A DNA stretch of 64,000 nucleotides from a virus (IMGVR_UViG_3300037455_000372:139710-203709); one strand, 5' to 3'; counted from the stretch's first letter, positions 9,407 to 19,173 are shown. Numbers and translations: made by a program. Notes: generated by a model from the letters alone, not told the origin.

Positions 9407-10780
9407 TTAAATCTCGCCGACATCAAAATCGGCCATATTCATCACGTCGCGAATAGCGTCATCAATGGTGTCGGCATCACCCATAATCGAACCGTTGCCT
9501 CGCGTTAGCTGAGTCATTACACCAGTCTCACGCTGCACAAGTACGTCACCCTTGAAATTCTCCGGGTCAGCGGAGTCTCGGCTCAACACGGCAAAGAAAC
9601 CGAACTGCTGCAAGGTCTTGTAGTAATCGGTCTTCGATTCTGGAATACCCCATTCTGCAGTCTTATCCCAGTCCACAGCAAGCTCAGGAGCTGGCTGGTC
9701 AATAATCTGGTTGACCTGTTCGGAAATATCTTGCGGAATCCACGACAAGTCAATAAGCGTACGGTTACGGATATACTGGCCACTCCAACCGTTAGCCTTC
9801 GCGACCTCAAAAATGTTCGGGCAATTTTCAAGAAGCTGTACGGCAGCTCCTTCGGAAATCAAGGTTTCCTTGGTCGGCTTGTACGCGCCGGTCTTCGGAT
9901 CGACGAAAGCCATTCCACGGATATTATCCGAAGTATCGCCAGAAAGTACCTTTGCGGCAAGATACTGCTGCGGATAGGCGCAACGGACAAAGTTACCGCT
10001 GGTGTGGTTGAAAATCTTAACACCCGGAATGTCAATCTGCGACATATCGGAGTCGCGTGTGATGATAATGACATCGTCATAGTCCGGAGCGTACTTCTTC
10101 GCGGACGCATAAATCATATCGTCACCTTCAGCGACTTCACATCGGACGGCCTTCGCTCGGAAGAACGGAGCAATCTGCATCGCATACTGATCCTTGTACT
10201 CTTGCCAGTATTTCTTGTCGACGGAGAAGTCCCAAGCGGACGCGGCTCGCTTTCCCTTGTAAGAAGGAAGAATCGGAGTACCAGTCGTCGTCTTAATGCT
10301 CCATAGCATATCGCGCTTGTCTTCGGGCATATCGCAAAGCTGGCGATGCTTCAACGATTCGTAAATTGCCTTCTGTTTCAGAGGAATCTTGACAACGTCG
10401 TACTGGTCGTCGCCAATCTTATCCACCTTGAAGGTATAATTGTCGCTGCTCACGTAGTAACTGTTCGCATCGTAATAAATCGTCGCTTCCTTGTTGTAGT
10501 AGTCGCGAACGAAATTTCGACGCCACGCCTTCTTGCCTTCCAAGCAGAGAATGATGTCCATCGGATTGAAAAGCTTGATGTAGTCAAGCATACGGTTGAA
10601 CATCTTGGTACGCCAGATAATCATCTCCTCGTCTTCCGGGAGAATGCTTCCTAGAGTCTGCTTGCTGGACTTGGTTCGCATAGACCACAGCTGGTGATAC
10701 GACAGTGAAGCCCAGTCGATAACTAACAAGCGATTGTTCTTGAACGGATAGCTCCGTATAGGTTGTTCCTTAAAATCCAT
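9407..10780 (-). CDS. rnh: RNase H / 5'-3' flap exonuclease (T4 rnh-like)
   Basis: LLVIDW, YKGKR, EGDDMI, TRDSDM, LSGDTSDNIRG, RNRTLIDL motifs of the FEN/T4 RNase H family. Confidence 0.92.
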   Translation of the reverse strand: MDFKEQPIRSYPFKNNRLLVIDWASLSYHQLWSMRTKSSKQTLGSILPEDEEMIIWRTKMFNRMLDYIKLFNPMDIILCLEGKKAWRRNFVRDYYNKEATIYYDANSYYVSSDNYTFKVDKIGDDQYDVVKIPLKQKAIYESLKHRQLCDMPEDKRDMLWSIKTTTGTPILPSYKGKRAASAWDFSVDKKYWQEYKDQYAMQIAPFFRAKAVRCEVAEGDDMIYASAKKYAPDYDDVIIITRDSDMSQIDIPGVKIFNHTSGNFVRCAYPQQYLAAKVLSGDTSDNIRGMAFVDPKTGAYKPTKETLISEGAAVQLLENCPNIFEVAKANGWSGQYIRNRTLIDLSWIPQDISEQVNQIIDQPAPELAVDWDKTAEWGIPESKTDYYKTLQQFGFFAVLSRDSADPENFKGDVLVQRETGVMTQLTRGNGSIMGDADTIDDAIRDVMNMADFDVGEI

Positions 10781-10789
10781 AATTCAGCC

Positions 10790-12574
10790 TCACAGGAAGA
10801 ATTTCTTCTTGAACGGAGTTCCAGTCTTGTTGACCTTGCTCTCGTTTTTCTTTCGCGCCTTCTCGGCAGCCTTGCGCTTACGCTCGGCAATCATCTCTTC
10901 ATCGACAGTAGCCTCGTAGATACCGTCCAGACGAATCTCGTTCACCGGAATATCGTCCTTCGCATAGTAAGTCTTACGAGTCTCGTAATGCTGCATCATA
11001 TAGTTGTACTTGAGTCGAGGCGGACCGCCACGACGAGGAGTCGTGAAGTACGACGCGTCGTCGACCAAGTCATAGACATAGGCCATCTTCTTGTCCTTGT
11101 GCGGACGAACGATACGACCAATCGACTGCATCACCATATACACCGACTTAGCCGGGTCAGCCATAACCAAATTGTGCAGCAACTTGATGTTCACGCCTTG
11201 CTTCATACACCCATATGTTGCAAGAATCATATGCCCAGTCGAATACTCGATGGACTTACGAATCGTCTCACGCTCGTCCACGTTCACGTCACCCTTGATG
11301 ATGTGGCAAGTGAACTGGGGGAAATTCTTCTCGATGAACTCGTGCATAAGTTCCAAGTTCTCGATAGCCTTGAACAAGATGACCGTATTCTGCTCGGTCG
11401 TAATCTTTCCAGAATCTATCAAGAGCTTCAAGACATCACGTCGTGAACTTGTACTGGAACAGAAAGCTCGCTCGTCGTCAAACGTCGAATATCCAATCGA
11501 ACGTCGTAACGCTTGAGGATACGGAATAAAAATCGTGTTAACCGTAACCGGCGTCAAGATTCCCTTCTCGACCAGCTCCTTCAAACGAACGATTTCTTCC
11601 TTTCGACCAAGCTGACTCTCGATGTAGCCAGCATCGATACCGTCGTCAGGCAACGTACCAGACACGCCGACCTTGAAATCGACGGCGTTTACGCACTTCA
11701 TCAAGATATCTCGTAACTTGATACCACGAGTCGAGTGAGCCTCGTCAACGATGACTGCGGTGAACGCCTCGAAAAACTTCGCTGGCTTGTTCTGGAGTGA
11801 CTGCCAAGTCGAAATGGTAATCGGCTTGAGCGTGGCCTCCTCGCCTATATTGGCCGCAGCAAGACGTTCCTTCTGCGCCTTCGTCAGCTTGTCGTCGGAA
11901 TCAGCATAGATCAATGTGCAATACTTTCGCGCATCTTCCCAGCCATAGTCGTCGTGGAAATCGGAGAACAACTGTTCCACCAAGTTCGTAGACGGAACGA
12001 CAATCAAAATCTTCTTGCGCTCGCGCTCCAGCAGATATCGTGCCATAATGCACATCGATAGTGACTTGCCAGCACTCGTACAGGCGAGCAATGAAATTCG
12101 GCGACCGTTCAAGGCGCGTTCCACAAGCTTCACCTGATGTTCGTACGGCTTAATCTCGAAGCCTTCCTTCAAGTTGTGGAGCTTCAATGTCGCTGCATAA
12201 GCGGCAACGTCGTCACGAGTCAATGCACCCCTAGGCGGAGTGTAGATGTCGCGAATTGCCTTCGACAAACCGATCTTGGTTCCGAAACGGTTCTTGAGCA
12301 ACGCGCTCACACGCGGAATCAACCCGATGGGCAACAGATGGGTCGCCTTGTTGTAGAAGTAAACGAACGGTGTCTTGAAACCTTCACGTACCGCCCAAGT
12401 GTTGGCGACGGCCTTATCGTAGAAGGTCATACTTCCAAAAATGAAATTGTTTAGCTTGTTACCGGCAGTCTGGTCAGACGCCGAAATTTTGATAACGGAA
12501 AACACGTCGTCAGCCTTGTCAAAGACTACGGACGTAGACGGTTCCGCTTGTTTTACCTCGACCTCTTCCGCCAT
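10790..12574 (-). CDS. uvsW: UvsW-like superfamily 2 helicase
   Basis: PYEHQ Q-motif, TSAGKS, DEAH, SGT, QSIGRIVR, VYDLVDD. Confidence 0.93.
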   Translation of the reverse strand: MAEEVEVKQAEPSTSVVFDKADDVFSVIKISASDQTAGNKLNNFIFGSMTFYDKAVANTWAVREGFKTPFVYFYNKATHLLPIGLIPRVSALLKNRFGTKIGLSKAIRDIYTPPRGALTRDDVAAYAATLKLHNLKEGFEIKPYEHQVKLVERALNGRRISLLACTSAGKSLSMCIMARYLLERERKKILIVVPSTNLVEQLFSDFHDDYGWEDARKYCTLIYADSDDKLTKAQKERLAAANIGEEATLKPITISTWQSLQNKPAKFFEAFTAVIVDEAHSTRGIKLRDILMKCVNAVDFKVGVSGTLPDDGIDAGYIESQLGRKEEIVRLKELVEKGILTPVTVNTIFIPYPQALRRSIGYSTFDDERAFCSSTSSRRDVLKLLIDSGKITTEQNTVILFKAIENLELMHEFIEKNFPQFTCHIIKGDVNVDERETIRKSIEYSTGHMILATYGCMKQGVNIKLLHNLVMADPAKSVYMVMQSIGRIVRPHKDKKMAYVYDLVDDASYFTTPRRGGPPRLKYNYMMQHYETRKTYYAKDDIPVNEIRLDGIYEATVDEEMIAERKRKAAEKARKKNESKVNKTGTPFKKKFFL

Positions 12575-12575
12575 C

Positions 12576-13133
12576 CTACAGCTCCTGATAGTAACTCTTA
12601 AACGGTTCGGAGTGTATGTCGATTTTTTGCTTTATGTCGCCAAGCCAGATCGCGTTGTCTCGGAAAAATCCCGGAGCCGCAATGATGATTCCAAGCTTGT
12701 CGTCGGTCTTGTCCAATGCGAACACCATACGATAGGTCGTGTCCTTGCGGAAACGGTTGCCACTCTGGTTATAGATGTTCCACGACGCACGGTCTGATCC
12801 GAGCGGACCCTCCAGATACTCAAGGCAACCGATGCATCGGCGCACCTCGTTCAAGTCTTGCTCGGCCCTGCGCTGCACGGCCACGGCAATTCGTTCGATA
12901 ATGTCTTCGGGCAGTCCGTCGGCAAATTCACGGTGCAAGTACATCGGCTTCGCGTAGAAGCCGTCCTTGCGCAGCGAGGCCACCCATTCAAAAGTTTTCA
13001 GCGTATCCACTTCGAATTCGATATCTGGGCGCAAATCCGTGAACATAGTCCGGAAGCCGACTTCCTTCCACGAGTATAGCGAGGTTAGGTTCACATTGAA
13101 CCTGATTTTATTCAAGTTTTTAAACCAGCCCAT
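12576..13133 (-). CDS. hypothetical protein
   Basis: 185-aa ORF abutting uvsW; AAGGA immediately upstream of the ATG. Confidence 0.7.
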   Translation of the reverse strand: MGWFKNLNKIRFNVNLTSLYSWKEVGFRTMFTDLRPDIEFEVDTLKTFEWVASLRKDGFYAKPMYLHREFADGLPEDIIERIAVAVQRRAEQDLNEVRRCIGCLEYLEGPLGSDRASWNIYNQSGNRFRKDTTYRMVFALDKTDDKLGIIIAAPGFFRDNAIWLGDIKQKIDIHSEPFKSYYQEL

Positions 13134-13220
13134 TCCTTGTTCCAGTTTCGATTAAGTCGAATATAGCCAATAACAGTTTGAAACTCAAATTACTCCATTC
13201 CACCTAAAAACACCCTAAAA

Positions 13221-13254
13221 CATGAAACATATATTTGGTTCACCCGTAGGCTGG
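13221..13254 (+). repeat. direct repeat copy 1 (CATGAAACATATATTTGGT-N4-CCGTAGGCTGG)
   Basis: 30 of 34 positions identical to 14043-14076. Confidence 0.9.
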
Positions 13255-13280
13255 CTTCGAAATTTTCTACATTTGGAGGT

Positions 13281-13964
13281 ATGGAACAGAAATTTCTGGA
13301 AATTCAGAACAGACTCCGTGGCCAAGTCGTCCAGACCGACCAGTTCAAGACTGACGAGATCAGTCTGGTCGCCGGAGTGGACTTGGCCTACTGGAACGGC
13401 GAGGACGGCGAGTACGCGGTCTGCGTAATTGCGGTCATCGACTTCCACACGCACAAGATGGTCGAGTTCCAGTCGACCTTCGACCGTGTCGAAATTCCGT
13501 ATATGCCGGGGTTCCTCGCCTTCCGCGAACTCCCGCTCTTCGAGAAAACCGTCAAAAAACTTACGAAAAAGCCAGATTTGTTCATTTTTGACGGAAACGG
13601 CGTGCTCCATCCGCGCCAGATGGGCATCGCCACACACGCGTCGTTCAGTCTGGACGTTCCGACCATCGGCGTCGCGAAGACGTTCTACAGAGTCTCCGAC
13701 GACGCGTCGTATACCGAACCGGGCAACACCAGAGGCGACTTCACGGACATCGTACACGACGGCGTGGTGCTCGGCAGAGCAGTACGTAGCCGTCCGAACG
13801 TGAAGCCGATCTTCGTCTCGGTCGGGAACAGAATCTCTCTGGAGACCGCGACCCAGCTCGTTATGACGCTTGTCGACAAGGACAGCCGCATCCCGGTCCC
13901 GACTAGACTCGCTGACATACTGACGCACCAGCGTCGCACCAGTCTCAAGTCCGGGTTGGACTAG
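13281..13964 (+). CDS. nfi: endonuclease V (deoxyinosine 3' endonuclease)
   Basis: VAGVD, PYMPGFLAFRE, FDGNGVLHPRQMGIA, IGVAK, P-P-R-AD motifs; GGAGG RBS. Confidence 0.96.
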   Translation: MEQKFLEIQNRLRGQVVQTDQFKTDEISLVAGVDLAYWNGEDGEYAVCVIAVIDFHTHKMVEFQSTFDRVEIPYMPGFLAFRELPLFEKTVKKLTKKPDLFIFDGNGVLHPRQMGIATHASFSLDVPTIGVAKTFYRVSDDASYTEPGNTRGDFTDIVHDGVVLGRAVRSRPNVKPIFVSVGNRISLETATQLVMTLVDKDSRIPVPTRLADILTHQRRTSLKSGLD

Positions 13965-13995
13965 CACCTCAAGTCCGACCTCGGAACCGTTTCAA

Positions 13996-14020
13996 GCTCC
14001 CTCTCAGGGGAGCCTTTTTT
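13996..14020 (+). terminator. rho-independent terminator after nfi
   Basis: GCTCCC-tctcag-GGGAGC followed by a T run. Confidence 0.75.
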
Positions 14021-14042
14021 ATACCTTTTCAGCCCCTAGAAT

Positions 14043-14076
14043 CATGAAACATATATTTGGTACTTCCGTAGGCTGG
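14043..14076 (+). repeat. direct repeat copy 2
   Basis: CATGAAACATATATTTGGT-actt-CCGTAGGCTGG. Confidence 0.9.
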
Positions 14077-14214
14077 GTCGCGAGGGGTGGGAACTGTTTG
14101 GACTAGTTTGAACGGACAGACAAGGAATAAACTCTCGACCGAGGAATACGGATATGAGAAGGATTTACCATATATATGGAATAGAAAGGATCTCAACAAA
14201 ATTGGTGGAAAGAG

Positions 14215-14243
14215 TTGACAACCAAATATGCTTTTTGTAGCTT
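14215..14243 (+). promoter_or_regulatory. sigma70-type promoter
   Basis: TTGACA (14215-14220), 17-bp spacer, TAGCTT (14238-14243). Confidence 0.65.
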
Positions 14244-14254
14244 TGTCCACGAAA

Positions 14255-15844
14255 ATGAGACCGCGTCAATACAAAATCTTGCTCCCTGAACCCGTCTTGA
14301 ACGACTTGAAGGTTCTGATAACGGACTACTACCGCCAGTTCGGTGACTCCAAGAGGTCACGTACTTTCGTGGATAGTGCCGCGTTTTTCCTTTCAATCCT
14401 TACGAATTCCTTGGTTTCCGACCACAGAAAGAACGAGGTTACCTCCCTTGACCACCGTGTCCCCAAGGAACACTGGTGTACCCATCTCTATTCCCCCATC
14501 CTCCGTGATATCTTCGGAAACGACTATCTGCTGGTAGTCGGCTACTTGGCTGAGAAAGGCTTCGTTGGCCGTTCGAACCATTACGAGATTGGGAACGGAA
14601 ACTGCCGTGGCCGCAGCAAGGCTTATTGGTTCACGGCCAAGTATGGCACCTATCTCGCGAAGTATCTGAACTCTCGTTCGGCTCGCCGTTTTTCCAACGA
14701 GTCCGTGAAAGTTTTTGGTAAGTTCCGTTCCTACACGATTAAGTCCAAGACCGTCCTCGACCGCTGGTTCGCCGTCTTGGAGAAGCGCAAGGAAGACTCG
14801 TTCTTGGATCCGATTGTCGATACGTGCTACAAGAACTTGGAGCATTTCTCGATTGATACGAAGGCCGCCGATGCGACGTTCGAAAAGCTTCGTGCTGAAG
14901 GCAAGATGACCAACTACAAGGAAAAGCTGGAGAGAGCCAAGATTCAGCGTTTCAACGACGTTGGTACGGAGCCGTACGCTATGTACGTCAAGCACGACCG
15001 TTATGGCCGAATCCATACGAACGTGACGTGTATGAAGAAGGAACTCCGTGCATCCGCATTGCGTTGCGACGGCAAGGAAGTTGGCGAAGTCGATATCAAG
15101 TCGAGCCAGATTGCCTTCATCGTGCCGGTGTTCAAGCGTTACTTGGAAGTCTTTGCCGAAGAAGATTCCGAGCCGTCCGGAGATACTTTCATCCAGTTCA
15201 GGCCGTTCTGGCGCGAAGGCCAGCGTGAATACACGATGGAAAAGATGTCCGGCGAATTGAACGTGTTTTCCGGATTGGTTAATTCACACCAGATTTACGA
15301 GTATTTCGCCAAGGAACTGAGCGAAGACTTTGATTTGGACAAGACTGTGACTCGTGACGAGGCTAAGAGCGGATTGGTGTCGTTCTTGTTCTCTCCGCGT
15401 TATTTCGACGAGGAACGCGAACCGGTACGTGCCGCAGTGAAGCGCGTATGGGAAGACAAGTTCCCGACGCTTCTGCGTTGCTTGTACTCGATGAAGCAGA
15501 ACTGTCACGCTGCATTGGCATACGAGCTGCAGAAGGTGGAGAGCAACTTCATCTTCAATCGAGTATGTCCTCGTATAACCAACGAGCTGGGCTGTCCGTT
15601 CTGCACCGTTCACGATTCTGTTATCGTTCCGAAGGAATTCTGCGGACGCTTGAAGAAGATTATGGATGCCGAGCTTGCGAAGCTTGGTATTCCGACAATC
15701 ACGGAAGTCGAATATTACGATATGGTCGAGGCTTCTATGCCTTGCTTGCTCGACGAGGGTTTCTTCGCCGAAATGACCCGTCGTGGTATCAAGACGGTCG
15801 ATACCGCTGACTTAATCGATGAAAATGTCGCCATAGACGAATAA
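14255..15844 (+). CDS. family A DNA polymerase / T7 RNA polymerase-fold protein with an N-terminal winged-HTH-like region and no exonuclease domain
   Basis: DRYGRIHT (DxxGR), motif A EVDIKSSQ, motif B TRDEAKSGLVSFLF, LQKVES, motif C TVHDSVIV; alternative start at 14228. Confidence 0.75.
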   Translation: MRPRQYKILLPEPVLNDLKVLITDYYRQFGDSKRSRTFVDSAAFFLSILTNSLVSDHRKNEVTSLDHRVPKEHWCTHLYSPILRDIFGNDYLLVVGYLAEKGFVGRSNHYEIGNGNCRGRSKAYWFTAKYGTYLAKYLNSRSARRFSNESVKVFGKFRSYTIKSKTVLDRWFAVLEKRKEDSFLDPIVDTCYKNLEHFSIDTKAADATFEKLRAEGKMTNYKEKLERAKIQRFNDVGTEPYAMYVKHDRYGRIHTNVTCMKKELRASALRCDGKEVGEVDIKSSQIAFIVPVFKRYLEVFAEEDSEPSGDTFIQFRPFWREGQREYTMEKMSGELNVFSGLVNSHQIYEYFAKELSEDFDLDKTVTRDEAKSGLVSFLFSPRYFDEEREPVRAAVKRVWEDKFPTLLRCLYSMKQNCHAALAYELQKVESNFIFNRVCPRITNELGCPFCTVHDSVIVPKEFCGRLKKIMDAELAKLGIPTITEVEYYDMVEASMPCLLDEGFFAEMTRRGIKTVDTADLIDENVAIDE

Positions 15845-15884
15845 TGAGCTAGTTTACGTAGGGAAACTAGACATCGAGAAGTCT

Positions 15885-16370
15885 ATGGCTACATATATTC
15901 GTGATATTGTTTTTGAAAAGGAACCTAAGATCGGTCGACAGCCCGGAGCACCGGGATATGTTCTTGACGAGGATATGGTTGTGGATATCAAGCTGGTCTA
16001 TCAAACGGAAATGACGGACGGCGGCGAGGATTTCATCGATAACGACGAGCATCGTATAATTGTAAGCCGAGGCTTGACAATGAAGTCACATCCGTTCCCG
16101 GCTTGGTTACGCGCCTTCTTGCCGTGTTGCGGAGTAGAGCTGTCGCTCGGTATGTCTATGCTGCTCACGGCCTTGTATGAAGAAGGCGGACTGGATGCGT
16201 ACACTCGTGACCAGATCGACCGTATGTACATCAACTATACTCTCAAAAAAGTAAAGAACCCATTGAAACGTGGGTTCTTGGATGCGTTGATGGGACTGTT
16301 CATCGGGTCTGACCTTGGCTGGAAATGGAATTCCGAAGAGACCAAGGTCGCGAGGATTGAACCTATTTAG
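15885..16370 (+). CDS. hypothetical protein, weakly DUF1353-like
   Basis: VSRGLTMKSHPFPAWLRAFLP...LY...TRDQIDRMY follows the DUF1353 pattern but lacks its HD residues. Confidence 0.55.
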   Translation: MATYIRDIVFEKEPKIGRQPGAPGYVLDEDMVVDIKLVYQTEMTDGGEDFIDNDEHRIIVSRGLTMKSHPFPAWLRAFLPCCGVELSLGMSMLLTALYEEGGLDAYTRDQIDRMYINYTLKKVKNPLKRGFLDALMGLFIGSDLGWKWNSEETKVARIEPI

Positions 16371-17428
16371 ACTGGGAGACGCAACGGAGAATCCTTTAGG
16401 TCTTCGTTGTCTTCGTCTTCGTAATCCGGTTCAGTTTCATCTTCGACTGGCTGGTTGAACATATCCAATTCAGATTCTTCGGCGAGGTCGGCAAGGTTGT
16501 TCGGCTTCGCTTCTTGTTTTTCCGGAGTTCCGCCGATGATGCCGTCGATTGGGTTTTCGACGGTTTCTTCGCCTTGTTCGGTTTCCTCGGCGTTGGGATT
16601 CGTGCCGATAACGCCCAGACCCGGATTTTCCTTGGCTTCGTCTGACATCTCGTCGGATAGCTTGTCCATCGCTTCGGTAGTTTCCTCGGTCTTGAAACCG
16701 GGTACGTTATCGAAGAACTGCTTGGCCTCTTCTTCGGCTTTCTGTTCTTCCGGTTCCTCTTGCTTGCCGAGAGGCATCTTGACAGGTTTCTCTGGCTCTT
16801 CCTTCTTTTCTGGGACGTAGTTGCGTGCGTCCTTCATAATGGAAGTGGCATTGGTCAAGATACCGCTGCACGCGGCTACCAAGTGCTTGCACATAGTAGT
16901 CTTGTGTTCCGGGTCTCTCACGGAAGGATTGATGTCCTCGCCGTGGTCGTCTCGGTCGTCTGCTGCGTGCTGGCCAGCCAAGAAGCTGTCGTTGACGTGC
17001 TTGGCATTGTACTTCATACCAGACCAGTTGAAGTCTGGGCAAGTGCAGAAGAACTTAATGTCGGCATCCTTCAAGATCTGCATACGCTCGCTCAGTTTCG
17101 CCTTGGCCTTGGCCAAGTTGAACAAGGTGGTATCTTTCGGTATGATGTCGATGAAGCAGTAGTAGAACTTGTAGTCAGCCGGGTTGGCGTTCTTGTTCTT
17201 GGAAGACGGAATCTTGAAGATAACAACGGTGTTTCCGTCGTTGTCAGCGGTTACGCCTTGGTAATAGTGTTCAAGCTGCTTGCCGCTCGCGTAGCGGTCT
17301 ACGTGGCGGCGGTTCTTTTTCTTGAACATAGCCTCGGTGTCCTTTACCCTCTTGATAAAGTCCGCCGTATTGGCTTCGAGCTGCGCCTTCCCTACGGAAA
17401 GCTGTGTCAAGAACAAGGATTTATCCAT
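16367..17428 (-). CDS. SWIM-type zinc-finger protein with an acidic C-terminal tail
   Basis: FFCTCPDF...MCKHLVAA (CxC...CxH). Confidence 0.75.
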   Translation of the reverse strand: MDKSLFLTQLSVGKAQLEANTADFIKRVKDTEAMFKKKNRRHVDRYASGKQLEHYYQGVTADNDGNTVVIFKIPSSKNKNANPADYKFYYCFIDIIPKDTTLFNLAKAKAKLSERMQILKDADIKFFCTCPDFNWSGMKYNAKHVNDSFLAGQHAADDRDDHGEDINPSVRDPEHKTTMCKHLVAACSGILTNATSIMKDARNYVPEKKEEPEKPVKMPLGKQEEPEEQKAEEEAKQFFDNVPGFKTEETTEAMDKLSDEMSDEAKENPGLGVIGTNPNAEETEQGEETVENPIDGIIGGTPEKQEAKPNNLADLAEESELDMFNQPVEDETEPDYEDEDNEDLKDSPLRLPV

Positions 17429-17430
17429 AA

Positions 17431-19125
17431 TTAACCCAATTCGAAGATTTTTTCGCGAGTGTCCTTATCGATGAAATAACCGACAGCGCGGTTGATTCCG
17501 TCAACGGATTTCACGAGATACTGGTCGCGGAGCAGCGGCTTCGGAGTTACCTTGAGTCGTTCCTTCGGCTGGCTGCGCTGCGTGAGGATGTAGTACGGAA
17601 GCTGGCCTTGGTGCTTGTTAGCGTAAGCGTTGACCAGAGCCACCTTGAACGGAATGTTGGAAGACTTGGCCGCGTTCACGGTTGCTTCGCCAACGTCAGC
17701 CTTGATTTCTTCGAGGTCTTCGTTGGACATATAACGAGTATATTTTTCCATTCCTTCCGGACTGCTCGGCTTCTTGATTTCGTAGAACTGCGCCAAGAAC
17801 GGAATAGGAATTTCGATACCCGGTTCATCCATATAGGAGTTGTCGCCGGTCTGGCCATTCTTAGCAAAGTCCTTGATGCTCTTAACACCGTCTTTGATTT
17901 TCTGGATCAAGCCTTCGGTCAAAGCATCGGCAGCCATATTGTCAACGGATTCGTTGATCTGGCTGGACTTGGTGTTAATCGGGTTGACCATTACGTTAGT
18001 AATGTCGTTGCCGTTTACGCCGTCGAACAAGGTCTGAATGTTTTCGGAGCCTTTAATCTTAACCGGCTTGTGTACGACCGGAATGCACTTTGCGCGGCCA
18101 CATTCGCGGATGCGCTTGACAATCTTTTTCCACTGGCCAAACATCGTACGAACACCGAGCGCATTTGCAATCGGAGTATTCTTGGTTTCCTTGACAAATT
18201 CCTTGACAAGTGTCTTCAGGAAGTCTAGGTCGCTGGCTTGCTTGAGCATTTCCTTGACGGTTTCGCTGCCAAAGTTAATCATCGGATAACCGAATCGAGT
18301 CGAGGTGCAGCGGCCTCCTAGGTCGGAAGGAGCCTTGTTGAAGCCTTTAGGCATAGTGATTTGGACTTTCAAATCAATGGGCAGAGCTTCTTCGGTACTG
18401 CCAGTTTCTTCCTGATTACCTTCTTCGGCATTGTCGGCTTGTTCAGCTGGCGCGTTCAAGTCAATCTTGTCTTTGGAGTTATTGTTGTAGAACTCGACTA
18501 GCTTCGGAATCGTTGTCGTATCGATATGAGCTGGCTGTTCGGTCAACGGGCCTTCTTTGACATTTTCTGCGATTTTCTTGACGATGGAGTCCTTGTTGAG
18601 AAACGCGAGGATTTTTTCCAGAGCTTCCGGATTTTCCTTGAGCTTCGCCTTCAATCGTTCTGCAATTTTCGGATAATGCTTTTCGAACGAACCGATTTCT
18701 GGTTCGGGTTCGGCGTCGGGGTTATCGAGCTTGTCAGCTTCTTTATGATCCGCTTCGACTTCTTGGGTAGCGGCGGAATTGACTTCAGTCGGTTGTTCTG
18801 TATTACCAGTTTGCGCCGCTTGCTGTTGTTGCTGTTCCGGAGCTTGTTCTTGCGGTTTCTGCTCCGGAGCGGGTGCTTGGGTCTGTTGCTGTTGCTGTTG
18901 CTGTTCGGCTGGCTTCTTATCTTGGTCGTCAGCGTTCACATCAACTTTATTTCCATTGCCATCGACAATCATTTCAGTCAGTGGATGCGGTGCGGCCACT
19001 GGAACAACGCCACCTTCAATGGCGTCAATAATTGATTGCATACCTTCAACGGTAACTGCTTCAACATCTGGTTCGAAATCATCGAACGATTCATTGAGGT
19101 CTGCATTTAGAAAATTTTGCTGCAT
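17431..19125 (-). CDS. putative virion/internal head protein, paralog of 19204-21132
   Basis: ATG at 19125 below the late motif at 19151-19158; Q/P/E-rich linker; C-terminal domain shared with the neighbouring gene. Confidence 0.7.
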   Translation of the reverse strand: MQQNFLNADLNESFDDFEPDVEAVTVEGMQSIIDAIEGGVVPVAAPHPLTEMIVDGNGNKVDVNADDQDKKPAEQQQQQQQTQAPAPEQKPQEQAPEQQQQQAAQTGNTEQPTEVNSAATQEVEADHKEADKLDNPDAEPEPEIGSFEKHYPKIAERLKAKLKENPEALEKILAFLNKDSIVKKIAENVKEGPLTEQPAHIDTTTIPKLVEFYNNNSKDKIDLNAPAEQADNAEEGNQEETGSTEEALPIDLKVQITMPKGFNKAPSDLGGRCTSTRFGYPMINFGSETVKEMLKQASDLDFLKTLVKEFVKETKNTPIANALGVRTMFGQWKKIVKRIRECGRAKCIPVVHKPVKIKGSENIQTLFDGVNGNDITNVMVNPINTKSSQINESVDNMAADALTEGLIQKIKDGVKSIKDFAKNGQTGDNSYMDEPGIEIPIPFLAQFYEIKKPSSPEGMEKYTRYMSNEDLEEIKADVGEATVNAAKSSNIPFKVALVNAYANKHQGQLPYYILTQRSQPKERLKVTPKPLLRDQYLVKSVDGINRAVGYFIDKDTREKIFELG

Positions 19126-19173
19126 AACACAAGTCCACTGCTTTTCTCGCAGTTTATATAGTTCTAGGCAATT

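Noticed and set aside
13221-14076. Repeat pair considered as a mini-CRISPR or as IS ends
   Set aside because: Only two copies about 820 bp apart, in direct orientation, with no cas or transposase gene nearby
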